Assembly (NCBI GenBank): GCA_951406725.2
Contig: OX597822.1
Coordinates: 55,924,001 to 55,988,000, forward strand
Source: Octopus vulgaris
Lineage: Eukaryota
Direction: 5' to 3'
DNA: 64,000 nt
Made by a program: the position numbers and the translations under genes
Part shown: positions 1 through 13,841 of the stretch, one piece after another
How the letters are laid out: each line of letters starts with the position of its first letter
Position numbering within the stretch: the first letter of the stretch is position 1
Notes under the pieces: model-generated
Seen by the model: only the letters and a program-made list of their open reading frames with translations
The model's database searches: none
What the model was told of the DNA's origin: nothing

Positions 1-44
1 AAGCATTTCGCCCGGCGTCCCTACGATTCTGCTAGCTCACCGCT

Positions 45-46
<2 letters not shown>
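1..46 (-). mobile_element. tRNA-derived SINE family A, 5' head cut by the window edge
   Basis: Reverse complement GCGGTGAGCTAGCAGAATCGTAGGGACGCCGGGCGAAATGC matches the heads at 4827 and 44038. Confidence 0.8.
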
Positions 47-424
<378 letters not shown>

Positions 425-1059
425 GTAATAAGGACGCGAAGATTCTTTTTTCTCTATGGCTGACCTCCACACCATCTGTCGAGTCTATTTATAGACCTGT
501 AGAATATGATATATCCACCAAGCTGCTACCCAACTATTTCCTTCAACAACCACATATTTATGATTATCTCACGTACAGGATAATAATAATTATTCAATAA
601 TAAATGGAATAGTAATAATGATAGTAACAATGGTGGTGGTAGTGGTGGTGGTGGTGGTGATGGTGATAATAATAAAAATAATAATATTATGCTGCATCTG
701 CTAATATTACAACTACTACTCTTATGATAGCCCAGGAATCTGAGGCCCAACCACTACTCTTACTACTACCCCACCCACGCTACTGTTGCTGCTGCTGCCA
801 CCACTGCTGCTACTATATATAAAAATAATAATATCTGTGATATCAGTGATGATAATAATAATAGTAATAATGAAAAGAAACGGGTGGAGCCTCCTTTGGA
901 CTGATTAATGATACATCTAGTGATGGTGTCACAATAAAAACACTGGTAATTGTGCAACCTGATAATTACTGCCTCATATGAGTGACAATGAAAAAGCAAA
1001 ATATTGTGAATAACGGTGGTAGTGAAACTGAAGCCGATTATGGTGACAATGTTGCACCC

Positions 1060-2655
1060 GGCAGGCTCAGAGATTCTGATGAATGTCATGCACGAATAAG
1101 CTGCGCAACTCAACAACTTGTTAAATGCCGACCAAGTAACACCAGAGTGGTTGACAATGGGTAGGATAGTGCTGTGCTTGAAAAAACATCGCAAAAGGCA
1201 ATACTGTAGACAATTACAGGCCAGTATCCTGTTTGCCACTTATGTGGAAGCTATTGAATGGAATACTTACAGAGTCAGTGTACGAACATCTGGAAAAAAT
1301 GGAGTCTTGCCACATGACCAGAAGGGTTGCAAGCGTAAGTGCAGAGGCACCAAGTATCAACTCCTGATAGACTAAACTGTACTTAGAGACTGCAAGAGGA
1401 GGAAAAGTAACTTAGCCATGTCATGGATCGACTATCGTAAGGCGTACGATATGATCCCACATTCTTGGATTATGGAATGTATGAACCTATTTGGTATTGC
1501 ATCGAATGTTGAGTGATTGCTTGGAAAAAGTATGTCGAATTGGAGGACGGACCTGACAGAATACGGAAGAAGTTTAGGGACAATAGAAATTAGGAGGGGC
1601 ATCTTCCAAGGGGACTGCCTGTCCCCAATGATCTTTGTACTGTACTTGATACCACTAAGACTGATTCTGAGAAAAGCAAAAGCTGGGTATGTATTCAAAA
1701 AGCCGCCAACAAGAAGCCAATCATTTGTTATTTATGGATGACCTCAAACTGTATGGTAAAGATGAAATCCAAGCCAGTTCCCTTGTTGATACGGTGTATA
1801 CCTTCAGTGCTGATATCGGAATGGAGTTCGGACTGAAAAGTGAGGTGTGTTACTCTTGAAGAGAGGCAAAATCAAATGTATGGACGGGCTAACGATATCG
1901 TCAGGGGGAGGTTATGTAGCAGATAGAGACGGGTTATAAGTACTTGGGGATTTTGGAAATGGATAAATTGATGGAGAAAGAAATGACAGAAAATTTTAAG
2001 GTGGAATACTTGCGCAGACTCAGACTGATCCTTAAGTCAAAATTAAACGGACGGAATAAGATTGAAGCTATCAACGCCTGTATGGTTTCACTCTTTAGCA
2101 AGGGTAATAGCATGGACAGTAGACGAAGTAAACAGCTTAGAGAGAGAGACAAGGAAGTTGTTAACTAGATATGGGATACTCCACCCAAAAAGCGACACAG
2201 ACAGACTGCATGTACCAAGAAAAAGAGGGGAATAGGACTTCAGTTAGAGAATAGGAAGCTAGACATAGTCTCAATAGAGAAAGAAAACAAACTATGCTGG
2301 ATCACAGATATAGCATGCATAGCTGACAACAAGGTATGCGATAAGGAAGAAACAAATGTCGAGATATATGAGAGGTTAGCTTGCGAGGTTAAGTAGTTGT
2401 GGTCAATGAAAAAGGTAGCAGTAGTACCCAATAATTGTCGGAGCCCTGGAACAGTGCGCAAAACTCTCGAGTAGTATGTGGAACAAATAGGTGCTGCAAT
2501 AAAGGTGAACCACTTGCAGAAATCAGCACTGCTTGGAACCGCTCGAATACTCCGGAAGGTGCTCGAAAAACAAGAGGTGTTATCTTAGTTCACTGGTAGT
2601 GAACAACTGACACCGTAGTACATCTCCAGCGTCAAAAAATGTGCAAATGCAAGAC
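1060..2655 (+). mobile_element. Degraded R4/Dong-clade non-LTR retrotransposon (RT + RLE), family 1, internally deleted
   Basis: Frameshifted motifs [71 protein letters not shown], then RLE-type DIV..EK..DIAC and C-terminal LLGTARILRKVLE. Confidence 0.9.
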
Positions 2656-2667
2656 TACTACTAGATG

Positions 2668-2822
<155 letters not shown>

Positions 2823-3558
2823 ATAATTATTATAGATATAGGGTAAAAAATTATTAATTTATTATTAATAAATTTCAGCAAGTAGTTTCGGTATGGAAAG
2901 GAACCATATTTGGTAAAACTTATACAAGAAGTTTTATAAATAATTATAACAATAATTAAGGGTTTAGCAACGAGTTGCTTAACCAAATACCGAAAAATTT
3001 AGAAATAGCAGCCAAATGGCCGTTATTTCTTTTCGCTACAAAATATGACTCCACAGACAACCTTCTCTGTAACTCACACAGGCAAAAAAAAAAGAAGGAA
3101 AATAATGAAATCAAACAGTCTTCAGTTAAATTTGGACGCGTTTCTGGATTAGAGTTTAAAAACACATTTCCTTATCAACATAATATTCCGATAGTTATAA
3201 ATTAAAAAATGCTAGAAAACTTATCCTTTGCATTTCTGACCAAGCGACATCAGAACATCACACAAGGTAGTTAGCATATCCGAATTTATAGAGACGAGTG
3301 AAATTCATATTTGCCACCAATTCCTACACCATGTGGGTCACGACACAGTACTGCAGAAAATAGATCCGCAGCTTTCTAAATTTCTAAATTTTTCGGTATG
3401 TGGTCAAGCAACTCGTTGCTAAACCCTAAATTATTGTTATTATTTGTAAAACTTCTTGTATAAGTTTTTACCAAATATGGTACCTTTCCATACCGAAACT
3501 AGGTGAAATTTATTAATTATAAATTAATAATTTTTTACCCTATATCTATAATAATTAT
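2823..3558. mobile_element. Inverted-repeat element (arms 2823-3005 and 3381-3558), probably Penelope pLTR-derived
   Basis: About 180-bp arms are imperfect reverse complements and contain GGTA..TACC-GAAAC, a hammerhead-like 3' half; the element abuts (TA)n. Confidence 0.65.
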
Positions 3559-4826
3559 TTTACTCCCTGACAACAAGAAAAGCTGCGGAAAAATTCAAAA
3601 CACAACTTAATATGCAAACTCCTCGTTGATCATACTTCCTTTTTCTACCTCATTCTTTATGAATGGACTAACACAAATATATAAGGATACTATGCTAAAA
3701 CTTATATTCTTTAAATATCATTATTACTATTGTTGTTATTACTATCATTTTTATTATATATGACATAACAATCTGAAATGTAATTATAAATTGGTTTATG
3801 CAAATATATATAATTAGAAAATAATATAAATAAAATGTTAAAATCTGAATGTTAAGTTAGCAAACAATTATATAAAAAAGATAATGCAAATGAAGCTAAA
3901 ATGATAATTTTATAATTTAAGGTTTATTAACACCCTTTATTACAAAAAATTGATAAACACAAATTGAAGAGCTCAAAAGAGTTGTCTCCCTTTATTCACA
4001 ACACAGGAACTGAAGAACTACAATTACTACTACTTCCTGTTTTGCCAACACCCTTAATTAAACTAAACAACACATGGTTTTAATCCCATTGGATTCTAAT
4101 ACCTCAAGGTAATTTTTTCGTGAACAATCATTAAACTCAAGATACACAAAGAATTCCCAATGTATCGGAGTACTTATTTTAAAATTTTTGTACATATTTA
4201 TTATTATTCTTTTGCAAAAAACAATGCAATTTTCTTTTTTCCCCTTTCTCACTTTAAAAAAAAATTTTTCCCTTACAATTCTTGAAAAGTTACATCATGA
4301 CGAAAACCGGTTTGAATTAATATATATTTATATATTTTATCAATTTTTCATTTCATTAAAATTTTCTTTCAAGTTAGCATTCTGCATTTTTACAATTTTT
4401 CCTTGCTTATCATTTCTCCACGTGCGGTCAACACAACCCCACCATTTATTGATCTCTCTCTCTATATATATATATAAGAATGTGTGTGTGTGTGTGTATA
4501 CAGGGTCGAATTCATGTATAGGCCAATATGGGTCTTAAAGACACCTGAATCTTAGAGTTAAAAATTTAAAGAAAGGTACTTACAGCAATCAAATAAACAA
4601 TTTGTAATTTTTAAATTTTGTTTACTATTTTTAATCTAGTAGAGTTTCTAAATTTATTTAGTCCTATCTTAGTTATTGGGTTCATTCAGATTTATAAATT
4701 TATTAGCTTTAGTGAGACCTTGTGAATCTATCAAAGTTCTTTTAAGTTGTAGGGCATCTCCAAATTGTTTGCAGCTCCTAGAATTTAATGGACCACACTT
4801 TCATATTATATTATATTTTGATTGAA

Positions 4827-5040
4827 AGCGGCGAGCTGGCAGAAACGTTAGCACGCCGGGCGAAATGGGTAGCCGTATTTCATTTGCGTTACGTTCTGGG
4901 TTCAAATTCCGCAGAGGTCGACTTTGCTTTTCATCCTTTCGGGGTCGATAAATTAAGTACCAGTTACGCACTGGTGTCGATGTAATCGACTTAATCCGTT
5001 TGTCTATCCTTGTTTGTCTCCTCTGTGTTTAGCCCCTGTG
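4827..5040 (+). mobile_element. tRNA-derived SINE family A, near full length
   Basis: A-box-like TGGCAGAAACG and B-box GGTTCAAATTCC; many copies in the window. Confidence 0.88.
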
Positions 5041-5299
5041 TTTATATATTATATTTTGAATTAGCTCTTGTTAAAGCAGTGTCTTGTAGTGCCTCTCAGA
5101 GAGAGAGAGAGAGAGAGAGTAGTGGAAGGTGGGAGAGAGAGCAAGGGAAAGAATAGAGAGAGTAAGTTAAAAAATGAATAAAAGACAAAAAGAAGCACAT
5201 GCAATATATTCATACGCACGAGTTTATATTTTAAAACCCATACATTTTCCATGTACACAAATATAAGCATATATAACATAAATGTATGAGTGTTGCATA

Positions 5300-5379
5300 C
5301 CTATATAAATATACATACATACATATATATATAGATATATATGTATAACATACACATGCATATGAATACATATATTCAT

Positions 5380-5424
<45 letters not shown>

Positions 5425-5538
5425 CACATACATATATACATGTATATGAATATGTGCATGTATATACATACATATATATATATACATATATATATATATA
5501 TGTGTATATATATATATACTTATATGCATACACACACA

Positions 5539-5622
<84 letters not shown>
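5300..5622. repeat. Compound (TA)n/(CA)n microsatellite
   Basis: Direct reading. Confidence 0.9.
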
Positions 5623-5623
<1 letters not shown>

Positions 5624-5741
5624 CACGAGGTATGGAAAATAATAGTAAGCAATTTATACCGATTTAAACTGATTAATAGCTAGGGAGTTGATCTCACCGA
5701 TCAAAATATTCTCGTGACTTTTTGTTTTGAGACTATTATTA

Positions 5742-5803
<62 letters not shown>

Positions 5804-6012
5804 AAATAATAATAATAACAACAGCAACAATAAGAAGAACAAGAAGAAGATGATGATGATGATGATGATAATGAAGTGGTAGAAGATGAAGAAGAAGAAG
5901 AAGAAGAAGAAGAAGAAGAAGAAGAAGAAGAAGAAGAAGAAGAAGAACTACAACAACAACAACAACAAAAACAAGAGCAACAGCAGCAACAACAGCAGCA
6001 AAATCAACAACT
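5742..6012. repeat. Compound trinucleotide microsatellite (ACT/AAT/GAT/GAA/CAA/CAG)
   Basis: Direct reading. Confidence 0.92.
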
Positions 6013-6539
6013 AATGATAGTGACTCAATTTTCTGTAGATGCAAAGATGGGTGATTTGATTCCAAATTCGTTTTTCAACGCTCTTCTCTCATAATAGATT
6101 TATAACCTGTTCTTTGTGCCTATTCGTGGAAGGGATCATTATTTATCATACTACTTGTGCAGTTTTAACGGCCATTTAACTAGGATTATTCATGTTAGAA
6201 CTGAAGTTATTAACACGACACTCGTTCGGCAATTTCTGCGTAGCTTCTGCTCGCAATCTCTTTACACATATCCTGTATGTTGTAATGTTATTTCTCATAC
6301 AGAAGAGGACACATTGACTCATACACACGCTCTCGCGCGCACGCACGCACACAGACACACACATATGAGTTTTAAACCATTCTATTACATGTAGCATTCA
6401 TATAGAACCAGGCTTTTCAGCACATATGTGTATAGCGTGTGTATATTGTGTGTGTATGTGTACGCGTAAGTGTTTGACTTTGTCTTTATATATACATACA
6501 TAGATGTGTGTGTATGTGTGTGTGTGTGTTATGTGTGTG

Positions 6540-6730
6540 CAAGGTCCGAAATTTTTGTGGAGGTGTCCAGTCGATTACATCGACCCCAGTGCGTAACTGG
6601 TACTTAATTTATCGACCCCAAAAGGATGAAAGGCAAAGTCGACCTCGGCGGAATTTGAACTCAGAACGTAACAGCAGACGAAACACCGCTAGCCATTTCG
6701 CCCGGCGTGCTAGCTGTTCTGCCAGCTCAA
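6540..6730 (-). mobile_element. SINE family A
   Basis: Reverse complement of the 4827-5040 copy. Confidence 0.88.
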
Positions 6731-6804
6731 CTTGCTTCGATCTGTCACGAGGTACTGATAACGGAAACAGAGATTGGCACGTGCGCTGTAACAAGTGTTT
6801 AAGA

Positions 6805-7220
6805 CTATTATCCAATGACGTACGGATGCTTGTGTAGGATGGAAGATTGCAAAGATAATGCTCTGTGCAATCACTTGAGAATATATGAAACAGAAAATAG
6901 TTGGATAAAAATAAGAGAGACAGAAAATGGATGACTAAAAGTGATTTAAAACCAGAAATGGAGGCTCTAATCTCTGCTGCCCATGAGCAAGCGCTAAGAA
7001 CGAATTACATCAAATACAGAATACACAACAGTTGTAGGTAAATTCCACAGCGGTAAATTCCACCACGGAAAATTCCACCAGGTGAATTTCACCATAGGTA
7101 TAATCAATCACAGTATATTCCACCATGGTAAATTCCACCCGCTAATAATCACCGTGGTCAGTTTCACTAGACCGGGGGTCAATACCTATGTTATTTAATC
7201 TGTCTATTAATCAAGACTTA

Positions 7221-7277
<57 letters not shown>

Positions 7278-8015
7278 TGAAGGTGAGATAGAAATCAATC
7301 TTTATGGTGAAATTTACCATGGTGGAATATGCAGTGGTGAAATTTACCTATTGTGAAATATACTACCCTGTAGAACTTTCCGTGGTGGGATTTAACGCGG
7401 GGGAGTTTGCCTGTCACCTAGACAACACACCAGAAAGTGATAACTACCGAATTTATGGACAAAATGGTGAAACCGTATGGCATATTACCAGTCAATGTAC
7501 ACCGCTAGCCCAGAAAGAGTAGAAGAGACGTCATGACAATATAGCCAGGATTGTCCATTGAATACTTTGCATCAAGTATGGACTTGACAGAACAAAAAAG
7601 TGGTACGAGCATAAAGCCGAAGCCAGACATAGTATTAATTGAGAAAGAAAGCAAACGATGCTAAATCATAGATATAGCATGACCTGCTGACAACAAGGTA
7701 TGCGATAAGGAAGAAAGAAAAGCCGCTAGATATGACAGTTTATCTTGGGAGGTTAACTAGTTGAGATCGATGAAAAAGGTGATGGTAGTACCAATAATTG
7801 TTGGAGCCCTTTGAACAGTGAGTAAAAATGTTGAGAAGTACATGGAACAAATAGGGGCTGCAATAAGAGTGGAGCACTTGCAGAAAACAGCACTGCTTGG
7901 AGCCGCTCGAATACTCCGTATGGTGCTCGAAAAATAAGAGGTGTTACCTTAATTCACTGGTAGTGAACAGCTGACACCGTAGTTCAACTCCAGCGTTAGA
8001 AGCTGTGTAAAGACA
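6805..8015 (+). mobile_element. 5'-truncated R4/Dong-clade element family 1 (zinc finger + RLE + 3' end), interrupted by a MITE
   Basis: DLKPEMEALISAAHEQALRTNYIKYRI / DNTPES..ETVWHITSQCTPLAQKE..RRHDNIARIVH; 3' part aligns with 2250-2650 and ends in (TAA)n. Confidence 0.9.
7031..7418. mobile_element. Foldback/Mutator-like MITE with ~110-bp sub-repeated TIRs and a 9-bp TSD
   Basis: TSD tacacaaca (7022-7030) / tagacaaca (7419-7427); removing the insert restores host frame KYRIDNTPES; TIRs are built of ~15-bp GGTAAATTCCACCAY units; internal (AG)n. Confidence 0.85.
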
Positions 8016-8017
<2 letters not shown>

Positions 8018-8069
<52 letters not shown>

Positions 8070-8081
8070 CGATGATGATGA

Positions 8082-8155
<74 letters not shown>

Positions 8156-8190
8156 ATAATAATAATAATAATAATAATAACAATAATAAT
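8018..8190. repeat. (TAA)n/(TAC)n microsatellite
   Basis: Direct reading. Confidence 0.95.
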
Positions 8191-9183
8191 AAAGTGGGAG
8201 GTTGTCAAGGTAGAAGTTATAAGATCTGCTCTCAGGAGGTCAAATGGAAGTCTCCAGGAAAGGATAAAGTTCCTACGTCTGGTAGAATGCCTTCCCAGAG
8301 AGCCATGAACTGTTAACAAAACTTTACAACAATGTTTTGCAACATCCTAGTATGATGCCTTCTTGGCTAGTTAATGGTTTAACATTCCTACTTCAAAAAA
8401 ATGAAGAAACAAATGAATAAAAAAATTATAGACCTATAAACTGCTTAACAACAATGTATAAAACGGTAACATCAGTCCAGACTGAATATACCTATTGTTT
8501 TTTTTATAGAAAGTAGCATATTCCCTAATGAGCAAAAAGGATGCAGACTGTCACAAACGACACAAAAACTTGTCAATAGCCTAGATAGACCATAAAAAAG
8601 CTTTTGATAGCCTACCACATAGCTGGATTAAGAAATGTCTGGAAATGTATAAAATAGCGCCTACTCTGCGAAACTTTTTGTTTGTAAGTATGAGATGATG
8701 GAGAACCACACTGATTTTGAACATCGACAATGAATCTCTAAATGCTGGAGATATAAAAATTTCATGTGGCATTTTCCAGGGTGACTCACTATCACCGCTC
8801 CTCTTTTGTCTAACCTTAATGTCTCCCTCAAAATTACTCAATGATGCACAGTACATTTATAAAATGTTTGATAAAAATATAAATCATCTCATTTATATGG
8901 ATGATTTAAAGCTCTTTGCAAAAAAAATGACCAATAACTCAAGGATTTACTAGCGATTGTTAAACAATTCAGTGATGAGAGGATGCAATTTGGCCTCGAT
9001 AAATGTGCAAAAGCTACCTTTATCAAAGGAAAATTTGACAGAAACATTTAACGTTAACCTTAGACCAGCAGAATGTCATAAAAGAGTTAGAACCAGCCTT
9101 CAAGTACCTAGGGGTACTTGAAGGGGACTGAATCAGGCATTCAGTGATGAGGGAAAGGTTCAGAAGAGAATGATATCGCAGGG
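8191..9183 (+). mobile_element. R4/Dong-clade RT fragment, family 2
   Basis: KNYRPI, DHKKAFDSLPHSW, GIFQGDSLSPLLFCL, HLIYMDDLKLFAK, FKYLGV motifs with stops and frameshifts. Confidence 0.9.
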
Positions 9184-9191
9184 TAGTAGTA

Positions 9192-9253
<62 letters not shown>

Positions 9254-9258
<5 letters not shown>

Positions 9259-9905
9259 CCTGATGCAGTACCAATGCCCTGATGCCGTACCAATGTCCTG
9301 ATGCAGTACCAATGCCCTGATGCAGTACCAATGCCCTGATGCAGTATAAATGCCCTGATGCAGTACCAGGCAGTGGCTCTCATGGCTTCTGATCTTAACT
9401 GATTGGAAGTGTTATCATGTACATTGTTTTGTCTTGGTATAAAAGATGGGCTACAGCAAATATTCTGCTCAATACCACAGATTTGCTTGTCAGTTGTTTG
9501 ACCTTAACCAGTTGAGCATGTGCCTTAGTGGCTGACGATATGTGCATCTCTAATCACGAGCAGAAGTAGTGGGGGAACATCATAGCCGTGTGTTGAGAGG
9601 GATTCTTTGGGGTTTGAATAATTCACCTCTGGAAACATGGGTGTTTCTTTTAACATCCTTAAACAACCCTTATTCAGGGACCTTTCGAATGGGATGGGTT
9701 ACTCGACCTGAAGAAAATTCTAACTGGGCCCCACCTGCAAGGTCATGTGCTGTTTATCTTGATATGAGATCACCATGTCGCGCACACATGGTTGTGATGC
9801 ATGTGCCTAGTGTACCCTTATCAGACGGGTAGTCATGATGGGTATACTGGGCTTCGTATATTTTACCCCAGTGTCACTTTGATGGCATGCACTGCTCTCT
9901 CACTC
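9254..9905 (+). mobile_element. Non-coding (TAA)n-embedded retroelement (LINE 3' UTR-like or non-autonomous) with six 19-bp 5' tandem repeats
   Basis: Flanked by (TAA)n on both sides; AATGCCCTGATGCAGTACC x6 at 9254-9367; no convincing ORF. Confidence 0.6.
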
Positions 9906-9961
<56 letters not shown>

Positions 9962-9993
9962 TAATAATAATAATAATAAAAATAATAATAATA

Positions 9994-11060
9994 AACCATG
10001 AGAGACGTAAGAAGCTTCGTTTTGTCATGAAGGAGAGCTAGATATTTGCTAGTGAGTTTTTGTTTTATACCCAGACCAGCATGATGGAAGCGCGGCAATT
10101 GTTGCAAACAAAGTGAAATCAATGGCAAAACAAAAAGCGTTTGAACAATAGGCTAACAGGTAGAGGAAAAAACCCTCTGCATGACAAATACGGGGCAGTA
10201 CGAAACAAGCTGATGTAGACCAGACGCACTCCCATCAGTGACTACGAAACTCGGACCTAAAGGCAGAGAACGAAGGCTTTGTCTTAGCTGCTCAAGATCA
10301 GAGCTTATTGACCCAGAACTACTAATCCAATGTAATGAAAAATGGAGTAGACCCAAAGTACCGATATTACAACGATGAGACTGAAACAGTGGCCTACCTA
10401 ATCTCTGAGTCTAAGGTTTTATCACCGGTAGACATAACAGAGTTGGCCTGTATCTACACTGGATAATGTGTTGGTATTATAAAATCAAAACTGCTGATAA
10501 ATCGTACGAGGACCACCCTGTGGCTGTAACTGAGGGAGAAAATGTAATGATTCTTTGGGACTTTCCAGTACATTCAGACCGGACCATCAAAGCTAATAAA
10601 CCAGATATTGTAAAAAGCAAAAGAAATAAAGTCTGTTTATTGAATGACATGAGCATACCTTGTGATCATAGCATCTCGGCAAACGAATTTGATAAGCTCT
10701 GAAAATATTAAGATTTGCTGATCGAAATCGTAAAAAACTTTGTGGCATCTCAAGACGGCGACAGTAACAGTGATTGTAGGAGCACTCGGAATGATGAAAA
10801 AAAGGATCTAAATATTATTTAAGAATGATCCCTAGCTTACCAATCATGCAGGAAGTGTGAAAGATTGTCTTAACTGAGAAGAGCATTGTTGCTGTGAATT
10901 TCCTTTCCTTTCCCTTTTGTTTTCTTTTTTTCCCTGTTTTCGTTTTTCCCTCTACCCTTTCTTTTTCTATCACATGACTTTGTAAACGAACGATCAACTG
11001 TGTTTATTTTAACGTATACTAAGAACTTCTTCGCTGGAAGAACTTCGCGGGAAGACAACA
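9994..11060 (+). mobile_element. R4/Dong-clade C-terminal fragment (degenerate zinc finger + RLE) with 3' UTR
   Basis: VLAAQDQSL, ILWDFPVHSDRTIKANKPDIV, DMSIPCD, VIVGALGM; ends in AAC/AAT repeats. Confidence 0.88.
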
Positions 11061-11094
11061 ACAATAATAATGATAATAAAAAAAAATAATAATC

Positions 11095-11235
11095 GTTTCT
11101 TGACAGTACTTATTTTATCGATACCGAAAGGCTGAAAAGCAGAGCCGACCTCGGTAACATTTGAATTTAGAATGCATTAGTGGACGAAATGCAGTTTGTC
11201 CGACGCGCTAACGATTGTGCCAAGTTCGCCGACGC
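11095..11235 (-). mobile_element. SINE family A, degraded
   Basis: GTACTTATTTTATCGA..GAAAGG..CGACCTCGG..TTTGAA similarity to other copies. Confidence 0.7.
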
Positions 11236-11308
11236 TGTTGCTGCATTAGAGTAACCATACCAAATTCGGTCACTGACCGAAAACTATTTTCGAGAAGGCT
11301 GTAGCACG

Positions 11309-11348
<40 letters not shown>

Positions 11349-11660
11349 ACACACATATAATAGACGCTCACACACGTTTTTATTCGATTGTAAAATGAAA
11401 ATGTATACACATGTTTGCGTATGCAAGGGTATATCGATGTCTAAATATGCATGCTTATACATATATACATACATACACACAGACATACGCGTATATACAC
11501 GCGAATACACACTCAGACGTTCATATACACACACATAACATAGATACAAACGTACATGCATAAATATATATATACATACATACATATATATATATATATA
11601 CATATGTATATATATACATATATATATATATATACACATGTATGTATATATATATATACA

Positions 11661-11715
<55 letters not shown>

Positions 11716-11717
11716 GT

Positions 11718-11786
<69 letters not shown>

Positions 11787-11959
11787 ACTAGATCCTTTAC
11801 TGTGTGCATCGTTCTATATAGTTGCATTTGACGCTCCACCGATGAATAACTGTTCCGTAATGTATGTGTAAGCACATGAAAAGCGAATTGTAATTTTAGA
11901 TTCGCAAATGTAACTTCCACTTCTCGCTCTTTCTACACCAATATCACCATCTCTCTCTA

Positions 11960-11989
11960 TCTAACTTTCTTTATCTATCTAACTATCTT

Positions 11990-12080
<91 letters not shown>
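11960..12080. repeat. (TATC)n microsatellite
   Basis: Direct reading. Confidence 0.95.
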
Positions 12081-12721
12081 CCCTACCTTCTCTCTCTCTC
12101 CACTCATACACGCACCATACAAGGATATATATACATATGTACAGACGCATACACACACATCTGTAAATAAACATGTGCATATGTGCCATATGTGCAGTTT
12201 GTGTGTGTGTGTGAGAGAGAGAGAGAGAGTTTGTTTGTTTGTGTGTGTAAAATTCTATAAAGTATGTAGTTATTTTTATTAATAGAGAAAACCATTGAGC
12301 TGTGCATGGAAATATTGAGATTCACTATGTAGCAGCTGAAGTTTCTGGCATTCACATATTAAAGTAGGGGACTTCATGCAGGACACATCCGGCCAGAAGT
12401 TCGTATCCAATTAACACCACTGAAAATAGAATCTCAGTGGAATATTATTCAACGTCTACTTCATGCAACTACAATAGTTGTGAGAAGGTTTTCTGAATGA
12501 AAGTCATGGAGAATTGATTAACACCCAGGCAACTAGTTATATCATAGAGATATTTACATACAATATATATATATATATATATGCGGTCACATACGCACAC
12601 TCATATGGTTCTCTCTCTCTCTATATATATATACAAATCCACACGTAAGTGTAGGCATGAAACTGTCGGCCCTGGAGTCACTGACACAGATTTGCAGCTA
12701 ATATATATATATAGATACTTT

Positions 12722-12900
12722 AATTCTTTTACTTGTTTCAATAATTGGTATCCGACCATTCCGGGGCATGGATGGCACCTTAAAGGTGCTTTTCTGATCA
12801 AATTGATTCCAGTAGTCTTGTTAAATCTTGTACTTATTTTATCGGCCAGATTCGCCGAACGACTCATGAAAGAGGGACATGTCAATTGGCGAGATGCAAA
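12722..12900 (-). mobile_element. SINE family B 3' part, degraded
   Basis: TTTTACTTGTTTCA..GTACTTATTTTATCGG..TTCGCCGAAC similarity to 43238-43400. Confidence 0.55.
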
Positions 12901-12936
12901 CACGGCCGCTACCTATGTACACATACACACGCTGTA

Positions 12937-12939
<3 letters not shown>

Positions 12940-13000
<61 letters not shown>

Positions 13001-13272
13001 ACAGACACACAGACACACAGACACACATACACACACACACACAACATACACACACACAACACACACACACACACAACACACACACACAAACACAAGCACC
13101 CACGCACACCTGCTCCCACATACAAAGACATATAAGTGTATATACATATATATGTTGTGTGTGTGTATGTTGTGTGTGTGTGTGTGTGTGCGTGACAGCG
13201 TGTGTATGCGTACATACACACATATATATATATACATACATACGCGTAAATATATATATATACATATATATG

Positions 13273-13321
<49 letters not shown>

Positions 13322-13424
13322 GTATGTATGTCTATATGTGTGTGTATATATATGTGTATATATGTATGTGTATATGAATATATATATATATATACATATA
13401 TATGTATATATATATATATACATA

Positions 13425-13471
<47 letters not shown>

Positions 13472-13501
13472 GTATATATATATATATTATATATATATAT
13501 G

Positions 13502-13552
<51 letters not shown>

Positions 13553-13786
13553 GTATGTATATATATATATGTATATATATATGTATATATATGTATATAT
13601 ATATATGTATATATATGTATATATATATATATGTATACATATATATATATATATATATGTATGTATTCACACACGCGCACACAACATTATAAAATACATA
13701 TATATATATACATACATACGCGTATATACGCATATATGTATGTCTATATGTGTGTGTATATATATGTGTATATATGTATCTGTATA

Positions 13787-13841
<55 letters not shown>

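Noticed and set aside
1074-1085. CTGATGA hammerhead core at ~1076 (also ~37523)
   Set aside because: No helix II followed by GAAA and no closing helices; both lie inside LINE or Helitron sequence.
5876-6094. Poly-E/poly-Q protein ORF
   Set aside because: Entirely compound microsatellite with no splice or homology support.
9254-9367. CRISPR-like repeat array
   Set aside because: Contiguous 19-bp tandem units with no spacers, no cas genes and a eukaryotic context.
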